Positions 1 to 9,037 of a stretch of DNA of 10,006 bases are shown here, piece by piece. This DNA is from Octopus vulgaris. Taxonomy: Eukaryota. Positions within the stretch are counted from its first letter, which is position 1, and each line of letters opens with the position of its first letter. Location: NCBI GenBank assembly GCA_951406725.2, contig CATOCA020000065.1, forward strand, positions 1 through 10,006, written 5' to 3'. The notes under the pieces are model-generated. The model worked only from the letters and a program-made list of their open reading frames with translations, did no database searches and was not told the origin of the DNA. A program made the translations under genes and the position numbers.

Positions 1-1
1 A

Positions 2-1677
2 GAGGGACCAGCTATCCGAGTTGATAGTTCCGTGGTAGCTAAGGCAATTAGAAGCATGAAGACAGGGAAAGCCCCAGGCCCATCAGGAATTACTGCAGAG
101 ATGCTCAAAATATCTGGCAGTGTCGGCTATAACCTAGTCACCCGTATAGTCAACCAGGTGATACACGAAGGAGTCATACCCAATGACTGGTGCAGCAGCA
201 TACTAGTCAACTGCTACAAAGGTAAAGGTGATGCCCTAGATACAAATAATTACAGAGGTATCAAGCTGTTGGATCAAGTAATGAAGGTTACGGAGAGGGT
301 CATAGCCCAACTAATTAGAGAGAGAGTTAGTTTAGATGAGATGCAGTTTGGGTTCGTGCCAGGGAAAAGTACCACTGATGCTATATTCCTGGTAAGGCAG
401 CTGCAGGAGAAATACCTAGCCAAAGATAAGCCCCTGTACCTGGCTTTTGTTGACATGGAGAAAGCTTTTGATAAAGGTCCCCCGATCCCTTATCTGGTGG
501 TCAATGAGGAAACTAGGGATAGATGAATGGCTGGTGAGGACTGTGCAAGCCATGTACAGAGATGCCATAAGTAAGGTTAGGGTTGGCAACATGTACACAG
601 AAGAATTCAAAGTAGAGGTTGGGGTCCACCAGGGTTCAGTACTCAGCACCCTCCTATTTATCATAGTCCTCCAGGCAATTACGGAGGAATTCAAGACAGG
701 TTGTCCCTGGGAGCTCCTCTACGCTGACGACCTTGCTCTTATTGCTGAGTCACTATCAGAGCTGGAGGAGAAGTTCCAGGTGTGGAAGGAGGGTTTAGAA
801 TCGAGGGGCCTTAGAGTCAACCTAGCTAAAACCAAAGTACTAATAAGTAGGAAGGTAGACAATCCACAAATGTCTTCAGGAAGATGGCCCTGCTCGATCT
901 GTAGAAAAGGTGTAGGTAGAAACTCTATAAGATGTACCCAGTGTAAGCTATGGACACATAAGAGGTGCAGCAATGTCAAAGGTAGGCTAACTGGGAAGAT
1001 AGTTTTTGTATGTGGCAGATGCTCGGGAGCATTAACCTCCGAAAATCTGCAGAAAACAACTTCCGTCACTTTCCAGGGGGAAAAACTAGAAGTAGTTGAT
1101 AGCTTCCGTTATCTAGGTGACCAAGTCAGTAGTGGGGGTGAGTGCGCTGAAAGTGTAACTGCTAGAATAAGAATAGCCTGGGCAAAGTTTAGGGAGCTCT
1201 TACCTCTGCTGGTGACTAAAGGCCTCTCGCTCAGAGTAAAAGGCAGACTGTATGATGCGTGTGTACGAACAGCCATGCTACATGGCAGTGAAACATGGGC
1301 CGTGACTGCTGAGGACATGCGTAAGCTCGTGAGGAATGAAGCCAGTATGCTCCGATGGATGTGTAATGTCAGTGTACATACTCGACAGAGCGTTAGCACC
1401 TTGAGAGAAATGTTGTACCTAAGAAGCATCAGTTGTGGTGTGCAAGAGAGACGATTGCGCTGGTATGGTCATGTGGCGAGAATGGATGAAGATAGGTGTG
1501 TGAGAAAGTGCCAATCCCTAGCAGTTGAGGGAACCCGTGGAAGAGGTAGACCCAGGAAAACCTGGGACGAGGTGGTGAAGCACGACCTTCGAACTTTAGG
1601 CCTCACTGAGGAAATGACCAGCGACCGAGATCCTTTGGAAATATTCTGTACGTGAGAAGACCAGGCAGGACAAGTGA
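2..1677 (+). pseudogene. Frameshifted reverse transcriptase ORF of the RTE LINE
   Basis: The frame is open from position 2 (EGPAIRVDSSVVAKAIR...). An extra A at 473-475 breaks KAFD/KVPRSLIWW. A second extra base at ~1631-1633 breaks DRD/LWKYSVREKTRQDK*, whose inferred natural stop is TGA 1675-1677. No in-frame stops otherwise. Confidence 0.88.
891..1022 (+). other. PHD-type (C4HC3) zinc finger coding segment inside the RT domain
   Basis: CSIC-x10-CTQC-x4-HKRC-x14-CGRC, with a W two residues before the His. It is in frame between GLRVNLAKTKVL and GEKLEVVDSFRYLG. Confidence 0.8.
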
Positions 1678-1713
1678 GCCCAGCCCACTTATGAATGCCT
1701 TTCCTCCCTTGGA

Positions 1714-1860
1714 CACCACTACCACCTACGCCACCACCACCAACACCACCACCACCATCATTACCCTCGCTACCGCTACCACCATTGCCGTCGCCATCAT
1801 AAACATCATCATCAAATCTGCTCTCATCATAATTATCACCCTTGTCGACGTTCACATTGT
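1714..1860 (+). repeat. Degenerate (ACC)n/(ATC)n trinucleotide repeat abutting the LINE 3' end
   Basis: accactaccacctacgccaccaccaccaacaccacc...catcatcatc; either the element tail or its insertion target. Confidence 0.7.
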
Positions 1861-1867
1861 TGTGGTC

Positions 1868-2042
1868 ATATATGCATACAAGTGAATGTCTGCGCATATG
1901 CCTGTGTGTGCAAATGTGTGTGTATTATATATATGTGGAGATATGTATGCATATATATATATGTATATATACATATATGTATATGTATACACACATATAT
2001 ATATGCATATGTATACATATATATATATATGTATATGTATAC

Positions 2043-2098
<56 letters not shown>

Positions 2099-2480
2099 AT
2101 CATATAATTATATATAATACAATACAGTTGCGTATACGTACATCTATATTGCGTGTATGTGTAAATGTGTGCTTGTATGAATCACACATAAATATACAGA
2201 GATGAGATGCATACACATACATATACACACACATATAAACACACATCCACACACACACAATATATTTTACGAATACATCATATTTTTAATTGGTTGATTT
2301 TTATGAATAAACCATAAGTTATATTTCTATAACGATTTACATACACACACATATACACACAAACAAAAGCACACACACACACATACACGCACACACATAC
2401 AGGCACACGTACACGTACGTAGTCCCCACCACACACAAACGCCGCACTCGCATATACACACCCACACACGCACACACATC
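1868..2480. repeat. Compound (TA)n/(TG)n/(CA)n microsatellite region
   Basis: Pure (TG)n at ~2062-2096, TA runs at 1950-2061, and CA-rich sequence at 2210-2480. Confidence 0.9.
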
Positions 2481-2774
2481 TATGCACCCCTCACCGCGAT
2501 ACCACTCCACCCGTTCTGTTTCTATTTATATATTCAACAGATTTGATTCGATGAGAGAATTATGTAAATTCTTAAACACCCCCTCCCACCTCTTTGAATC
2601 TATATTTTATGGAAGTATTTTTGGTAATTCTCTCTGCAACAGCTTAAATCTGTGGAACCGATGCAAAATGCCGGAATTATATTTTTCAGCAGTTCATTCT
2701 TAAATGGTGATTTTATTGCGCCGCAAAATAACCGTCATTTTTTTTCCAGCCATTTCTTCTCAATTCCTCTTTCT

Positions 2775-3060
<286 letters not shown>

Positions 3061-3270
3061 TGTCATCGTCATCATCATCATTATCGTCATCAATGGCAGT
3101 GTTATCATTATATGTAATATATTCTTTTTCAGACAACTATCATTGTTATTATCATCATCATCATCATCCTCATCATCATCGTCATCACCATCATCATCAT
3201 CCTCATCATCCTCCTCCTCATCATCATCATCCTAATCGTCATCATCATCATTCTGATCAATGCCATAATG

Positions 3271-3306
<36 letters not shown>

Positions 3307-3425
3307 TTCACCATTGTCCTCATCATCATCATCATCATCATCATCAGCCGTCATCATCATCATCGTCATCATCGTCATCATCATTATCATCATCGTCATC
3401 ATCAGCATAATCATCATCATCGTCG

Positions 3426-3457
<32 letters not shown>

Positions 3458-3465
3458 GTCGTCAC

Positions 3466-3502
<37 letters not shown>

Positions 3503-3520
3503 GTCGTCATCATCATCATA
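3061..3520. repeat. (ATC)n trinucleotide microsatellite
   Basis: CAT/ATC array with GTC/CTC variants and a short interruption at ~3090-3150; source of the poly-H/S/M/D ORFs. Confidence 0.96.
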
Positions 3521-3657
3521 CTGTTTTTTTTTAGCCTTCTATGGATTCGGTTTATTTCCACTGTACGCTTATTTTGTTTTTGGGTTTTTTTTTAAATGCA
3601 AACTTATGGAATTAATTCAAAGGCCATAAATTACCTAAATATATACATAAATAAATC

Positions 3658-3660
<3 letters not shown>

Positions 3661-3699
<39 letters not shown>

Positions 3700-3718
3700 G
3701 TATATGTATATGTATATA

Positions 3719-3807
<89 letters not shown>

Positions 3808-3808
3808 A

Positions 3809-3853
<45 letters not shown>
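3661..3853. repeat. (TA)n microsatellite with (TATATG)n interruptions
   Basis: Read directly from the sequence. Confidence 0.97.
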
Positions 3854-3857
<4 letters not shown>

Positions 3858-3870
3858 AAATAAATAATAT

Positions 3871-3994
3871 AAAATAAATATAAGAGAGTGGTCACTATAT
3901 TAATCACTCTAGCACCAGTTAATCCAAAAGGTTTCAACCACGAAGATACATGTTTCCCATGAAAGCCAGTACGACTGTTAGCTCACACGGACAG
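3871..3994. repeat. 124-bp direct repeat, copy 1
   Basis: aaaataaatataagagagtgg...gctcacacggacag is identical to 4403-4526 on manual comparison. Confidence 0.95.
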
Positions 3995-4024
3995 GGCAAA
4001 TAAAAAATAACAAAAATACAGATT

Positions 4025-4106
4025 ATTTTGGGACAATTGTTTCGCTATTAATGAATTAAATGTAACATTACTTACAATAATCCATTTGTAGCTCTTCAGC
4101 CAAGAC
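4025..4106 (-). ncRNA. Type I hammerhead ribozyme (PLE-type, extended helix II)
   Basis: Minus strand reads GUCUUGG-CUGAAGA-GCUA[long imperfect hairpin]UAGC-GAAA-CAAUUG-UC^CCAAAAU. Core is intact, helix III is the palindrome ACAAUUGU, the triplet is GUC, and predicted cleavage is between 4032 and 4031. Confidence 0.85.
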
Positions 4107-4402
4107 TATCTGGATGAAATCCACTCAATCACACGCCAGATTTTACCATAACGATAAATACGCGTGCGGTTCAATTGATTACATCGGACGTTATAATTCA
4201 AATGCCCCAACCAACAGCGCGCCAAACTCACACGGAAAACAAATACAGCATTTAGAAATAAATGCAGCATAATTATAATTAATTAATAGGGTGAGAGAAT
4301 TAGATACTAATTTAATAGTATATTTATTCCACACCAAGTGGCCTAGTGCTACGAGAAACCTGGATTATTATAATATTTTATAACATATTATAATATTTTC
4401 AC

Positions 4403-4526
4403 AAAATAAATATAAGAGAGTGGTCACTATATTAATCACTCTAGCACCAGTTAATCCAAAAGGTTTCAACCACGAAGATACATGTTTCCCATGAAAGCCA
4501 GTACGACTGTTAGCTCACACGGACAG
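4403..4526. repeat. 124-bp direct repeat, copy 2
   Basis: Identical to 3871-3994, with a 408-bp spacer between the copies. Confidence 0.95.
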
Positions 4527-4552
4527 ACCCGTTGAATTCTTCAGCCACCGGT
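4446..4552 (-). ncRNA. Degenerate type I hammerhead-like motif
   Basis: Minus strand reads ACCGGUGG-CUGAAGA-AUUCAACGGG...UUCGUGGUU-GAAA-CC UUUU GG-AU-UAACUGGU. Helices I, II and III are recognisable, but conserved U16.1 reads A and helix II has mismatches. Confidence 0.42.
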
Positions 4553-4657
4553 TCTCAACATACACTGATAAACAGTTTCGCCATGGGCTCTTAGGAGCAT
4601 AGTTCGATTTGTTTTTGCTCCGCCTCTGTTCTGTTTTTGTTTTTCCAACGGATTTCC

Positions 4658-4750
4658 TATTTTCTTCCTGAAGAGAAAGACACAATATGGTCCCATTATT
4701 CCATCGATTTTGGTAATTTGTGCCTTTCGAAACACGTGTAGAATGAAATA
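4658..4750 (+). ncRNA. Type I hammerhead ribozyme (PLE-type)
   Basis: UAUUUUCUUC-CUGAAGA(4668-4674)-GAAAGACACAA...UUGUGCCUUUC-GAAA(4729-4732)-CACGUG-UA^GAAUGAAAUA. Helix I pairs 9/10 and helix II 10/11; helix III is the palindrome ACACGUGU. GUA triplet, predicted cleavage after 4740, AATAAA at 4747-4752. Confidence 0.9.
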
Positions 4751-4796
4751 AAACGATTTCTGTTCAATCTGCGTTCAGCTCCATTTCTTCAATTCA

Positions 4797-4800
<4 letters not shown>

Positions 4801-4857
<57 letters not shown>
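4801..4857. repeat. (TA)n microsatellite between two convergent HHR-bearing element ends
   Basis: Pure TA run. Confidence 0.97.
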
Positions 4858-4860
<3 letters not shown>

Positions 4861-4926
4861 GGTCCCGGGTTGATTCGGGGTTAACCACAGTAAGTAAGGT
4901 ACTCAATACATAGCAGAGTAAAATTA

Positions 4927-5226
4927 ATTTATTATATAGAAGGAGCTTCTACAGGACTAGTACTGTTTCATTCAAGAGAAATCTTCAGGAAGCTATTTAA
5001 CAAGAATTGTATTAGCATTTATACATTTAGGCAGGTTTAAAGGAGTGGTGGTGGGGGACTTTTGGGGGTAGGCATAGCGCAAAATATCATACTTGGGGGA
5101 GTGGTCAAGGAGTCAGTGGTAAGTTAGATGAAAGAATAGATAAATAAAAAAAAAAAATAAAAATAAAAAAAAATAAAAAATATATATAAAAAAATATATA
5201 TATATAAAAAATATATATATATAAAA
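4927..5226 (-). repeat. Inverted repeat, left arm (pseudo-LTR)
   Basis: Reverse complement of 8246-8566; the inner A-rich boundary is approximate. Confidence 0.93.
4944..4994 (-). ncRNA. Minimal type I hammerhead ribozyme, copy A
   Basis: Minus strand reads AGCUUC-CUGAAGA-UUUC UCUU GAAU-GAAA-CAG UACUAGUC CUG-UA^GAAGCU. Helix I is a perfect 6 bp, helix III is near-palindromic, the triplet is GUA, and helix II is weak (3 bp closed by U-U). Confidence 0.82.
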
Positions 5227-5274
5227 AAAGGGGGGATAGAGTTATAGGTAAATAAGGAGATTCTCACTTATACT

Positions 5275-5318
5275 TATACACATATGTATACGTATCTACA
5301 CACACACACATATATATA

Positions 5319-5362
<44 letters not shown>

Positions 5363-5818
5363 TATATACACATATACATACATATCTACATACACACATA
5401 CATACACCCGCCCACATGTACAAATTTATACACATGCACATGCATATACCTGTCTACACATACACACACGTATATATGCATACACTCACTCCCATGCATG
5501 CACGCATACACACATGTATATATATATATACACACGACCACACATACATATATACACAGAAAAAAATATATTCATACGCACATACACTCATGCACACACA
5601 ACACACCTAGTTCCCTATATACACATATTTACACCTATATATACATACACCCACATACACACATGTACATATATATATATATACACATATATATATATAT
5701 ATACATATACACGCATACATATATATACATATATATACATGTGTGCACATACATACATATACACATATACATACACACACACATACACATGTGTACCTAT
5801 ACATACCTACACATACAC

Positions 5819-5865
<47 letters not shown>

Positions 5866-6254
5866 CCAATACAGGCCCATTCCCTAATTTTAATTTAATT
5901 ATTTTCATTTATTACTTTTGTTATCTTTGATCGCTAGAGCTAAGGATCCTGGCAATGGCAGCATGTCCATTTGTCTGTCTACTAGAAGGCAAGTACTCAT
6001 TCCCGCACGCACACTCATTAGCACGTACATTCACCCATTCGTACACTCATACACATACACGTACGCACGCGTTATATTCATACATACAAACATCTACATA
6101 CGTTCACGTATATACACATACGTACTCGTACCTACAGATTCGTGTCTACACTTTAGGAGGCTAGTCTATACATATACACCAATAAATATACATATATATA
6201 TATACACATATACATACACACACACACATATACTTCTACATACAGATACATACC

Positions 6255-6306
<52 letters not shown>

Positions 6307-6522
6307 CATACATACACATACACACACACATATATATACACACACATACATACACATATATATACATACACAAACATATATACACACATATATATATATA
6401 TATATATACACACATACACACACATACATACATATACACACAAACACATACATACGTATACATACATACATACATCCATACATCCATACTTACATGCATT
6501 TATACGCATACACACACCCCCA

Positions 6523-6565
<43 letters not shown>

Positions 6566-7065
6566 TCACACATACATATACAAATATACGCACACACATA
6601 CATACATACACGTATACGCATACACGCACATACACATATACATGCGTACCCATACACGTGCACACACGCACGTGCATCCATATATATACACACACACACA
6701 TATATACACGTGTGCAAGCATACATACATACTCATACACGCACACATACTTACATATACATATATGCACACACTTACACACATATATACATACACATATA
6801 CATGCATACATACATATATGCATACATACACATACACGCACATACACATATACATGCGTACCCATACACGTGCACACACGCACGCGCATCCATATATATA
6901 CACACACACACATATATACACGTGTGCAAGCATACATACATACTCATACACGCACACATACTTACATATACATATATGCACACACTTACACACATATATA
7001 CATACACATATACATGCATACATACATATATGCATACATACACACACACGCGCACTCATATATAC

Positions 7066-7096
<31 letters not shown>

Positions 7097-7269
7097 CATA
7101 TATATATATATACATATATACACATACACATACATACACACATACATATACATACACATACATACATATATATACATATATACACATATATACACATATA
7201 CACATACATATATACACATATACATACATATACATACACATACATATACACTGATACACATACCCATAC

Positions 7270-7302
<33 letters not shown>

Positions 7303-7388
7303 TATACACATGCATATACTTATATCTCACATACTCACATATAAACATATATATATATACACACATACATATATACATACATGTACAT

Positions 7389-7461
<73 letters not shown>

Positions 7462-7713
7462 TATACACATATACATGTATACATACGCAATAATGATACA
7501 CATATATACACATACACACACACAGACAGATGCATATACATACATATATATATAAATTACATATCTATATAAATACATACATAATACACATATACACACA
7601 CATATATATACATTCATGCATATACATATACAAGTATACATACACATACATACACACACACGCGCACACATACATATACACACACACATATACAAATACA
7701 TACATACACACAT

Positions 7714-7746
<33 letters not shown>

Positions 7747-7780
7747 CATACATGTACACATATACATATGTATATATATA
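5275..7780. repeat. Degenerate (CA)n/(TA)n/(CATA)n low-complexity array
   Basis: CA/TA-rich on the + strand throughout, with a more unique island at ~5861-6185; source of the long Y/I/H/T ORFs. Confidence 0.93.
6619..7042. repeat. 212-bp tandem duplication (2 copies) inside the CA/TA array
   Basis: The landmark catgcgtacc occurs at 6641 and 6853. Copies are 6619-6830 and 6831-7042; one substitution noticed (cacgtgcatcc vs cacgcgcatcc). Confidence 0.88.
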
Positions 7781-7989
7781 TCAACAAGGGAGGGTAAAGT
7801 TAATTAGTTATTAATCAATTTCATCAAGTGTTCAGTATGTAAAGGGACCATTATTATTTTGAGTAAACAATGTTAGAGGGAAAAAAATTCTCTAAGTAGT
7901 GGAAGAGGCTAAAAACTTTATTGGCTGCTATTTCTAGAAAGTTTAGTATGTGGCAAAGTAATTTATTTTATTTTCCTAAGCCCTAATTA

Positions 7990-8110
7990 TATAATATTTT
8001 ATACATACACATACATAAGCACATACATTTACACATACATATGCATATACATATATACACATATACATACAAACACATATACACATATACACACACACAC
8101 ACATACAAGC

Positions 8111-8159
<49 letters not shown>

Positions 8160-8245
8160 AATATATATACATATATATCTTTACATGCATACATACACAC
8201 ACACACACATAATACATGCGTATATTCCTACTGTACCCATGCATA
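7990..8245. repeat. CA/TA microsatellite
   Basis: Read directly from the sequence. Confidence 0.9.
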
Positions 8246-8566
8246 TTTTATATATATATATTTTTTTATATATATATATATTTTTTATATTTTTTATATT
8301 TTTTATTTTTTTATTTATTTTTTTATTTTTTATTTTTTTATTTTTTATTTATCTATTCTTTCATCTAACTTACCACTGACTCCTTGACCACTCCCCCAAG
8401 TATGATATTTTGCGCTATGCCTACCCCCAAAAAGTCCCCCACCACCACTCCTTTAAACCTGCCTAAATGTATAAATGCTAATACAATTCTTGTTAAATAG
8501 CTTCCTGAAGATTTCTCTTGAATGAAACAGTACTAGTCCTGTAGAAGCTCCTTCTATATAATAAAT
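8246..8566 (+). repeat. Inverted repeat, right arm (pseudo-LTR)
   Basis: Reverse complement of 4927-5226; ends immediately after AATAAA (8560-8565) and runs into (TA)n. Confidence 0.93.
8499..8549 (+). ncRNA. Minimal type I hammerhead ribozyme, copy B
   Basis: AGCUUC-CUGAAGA(8505-8511)-UUUCUCUUGAAU-GAAA(8524-8527)-CAGUACUAGUCCUG-UA^GAAGCU; identical to copy A, predicted cleavage after 8543. Confidence 0.82.
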
Positions 8567-8567
8567 A

Positions 8568-8642
<75 letters not shown>
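8567..8642. repeat. (TA)n microsatellite
   Basis: Read directly from the sequence. Confidence 0.95.
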
Positions 8643-9037
8643 CTAACAGTATCGCCCGGCGTTGCTCGGGTTTGTAAGGGAAATAATTATATAAGCATTT
8701 TTAGAGATGTAAAGTATAATAGCCATCTCAATATGGCTAACCACAAAGGGGGAGGGGTGTTACTGTAGCTTTTTACGTTCTGAGATTTAATAATAAATTT
8801 TAGAGAGTTACTTCCCTTATATATGTCAAAAATGGATTAAAAATGGGAAAAATTGATGGTAAATTTTTTTTTAAATCGTAGCCTCATCGTAGACGCGCGC
8901 TAATACCCAGACGGTCTCGATATGAATCACGACTATAAGATACCCGGTTTTGGTTAAACTGCACCGCAAAATGTGGGAGTAGTTAGGAATGTAAATCGTA
9001 GGAGACAGACACACAACCTCACTTTTATATATAAAGA
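8643..9037 (-). mobile_element. Non-autonomous Helitron (395 bp)
   Basis: Minus strand starts TCTTTATATATAAAAG (5' TC at 9037-9036) and ends ...CCCGAGCAACGCCGGGCGATACTGTTAG, i.e. a GC-rich hairpin ~11 nt before a CTAG-like (TTAG) end. It is flanked by A and T with no target duplication and has no Rep/helicase ORF. Confidence 0.85.

Larger units (their letters stand above)
1..1713 (+). mobile_element. RTE-clade non-LTR retrotransposon (LINE), 3' portion; continues beyond the left edge of the window
   Basis: Translation gives the ordered non-LTR RT motifs KAPGPSG, NYRGIKLL, QFGFVPGKST, FVDMEKAFD, GVHQGSVLS, YADD (720-731), GLRVNLAKTKV and FRYLG. The C-terminus RRLRWYGHVARM...GTRGRGRPRKTW is typical of RTE elements. 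A short 3' flank runs into an ACC/ATC repeat at ~1714. Confidence 0.92.
3871..4800. mobile_element. Composite of Penelope-like element pseudo-LTR fragments (non-coding, HHR-bearing) between two (TA)n tracts
   Basis: Bounded by (TA)n on both sides. Contains two intact and one degenerate HHR, a perfect direct repeat and AATAAA signals (4323-4328 on minus, 4747-4752 on plus). PLE assignment is inferred from the HHR type; no RT or GIY-YIG coding sequence is seen. Confidence 0.62.
4858..8566. mobile_element. Putative non-autonomous Penelope-like insertion with inverted pseudo-LTRs and a microsatellite-rich body
   Basis: 4927-~5226 is the reverse complement of ~8246-8566; the unique part 4927-5151 vs 8341-8566 differs only by a 1-bp homopolymer indel. 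Each arm has an HHR plus AATAAA pointing outward. The left arm has an extra 69-bp 3' extension (4858-4926). (TA)n flanks both outer ends. Confidence 0.65.

Noticed and set aside
274-1897. Minus-strand ORFs overlapping the LINE
   Set aside because: Antisense shadows of the RT ORF and the adjacent trinucleotide repeat, with no recognisable motifs.
1900-2480. TG-rich to CA-rich strand switch as a fold-back element
   Set aside because: Complementarity is only that of simple dinucleotide repeats; no unique inverted sequence.
2643-2706. Possible 64-nt exon (ctctgcaacag | ... | gtgatt) reading LKSVEPMQNAGIIFFSSSFLN
   Set aside because: Weak donor site, no recognisable protein similarity and no partner exons in the window.
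4479-4488. Alternative hammerhead 3' half GAAACAUGUA (minus strand) inside the 124-bp repeat
   Set aside because: Palindromic and GUA-ended, but it gives no convincing helix I or II with the upstream CUGAAGA.
3871-4526. TRIM/LTR retrotransposon or CRISPR-like interpretation of the direct repeats
   Set aside because: No TG...CA termini, PBS, PPT or TSD; only two long repeats in a eukaryotic context.
4559-4600. Minus-strand hammerhead-like CUAAGA-GCC CAU GGC-GAAA-CUG UUUAU CAG-UG
   Set aside because: Helices II and III are plausible, but the core lacks G5, the cleavage-site base is G and no helix I forms; at best a dead relic.
5042-5110. G-rich stretch as a G-quadruplex (C-rich mirror at ~8382-8451)
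   Set aside because: Only three G5 tracts with a long third loop; not a canonical four-tract motif.
7805-7840. Minus-strand CUGAACA-CUUGAU-GAAA hammerhead-like spacing
   Set aside because: C3-C8 mismatch is uncompensated and neither helix II nor helix I pairs.
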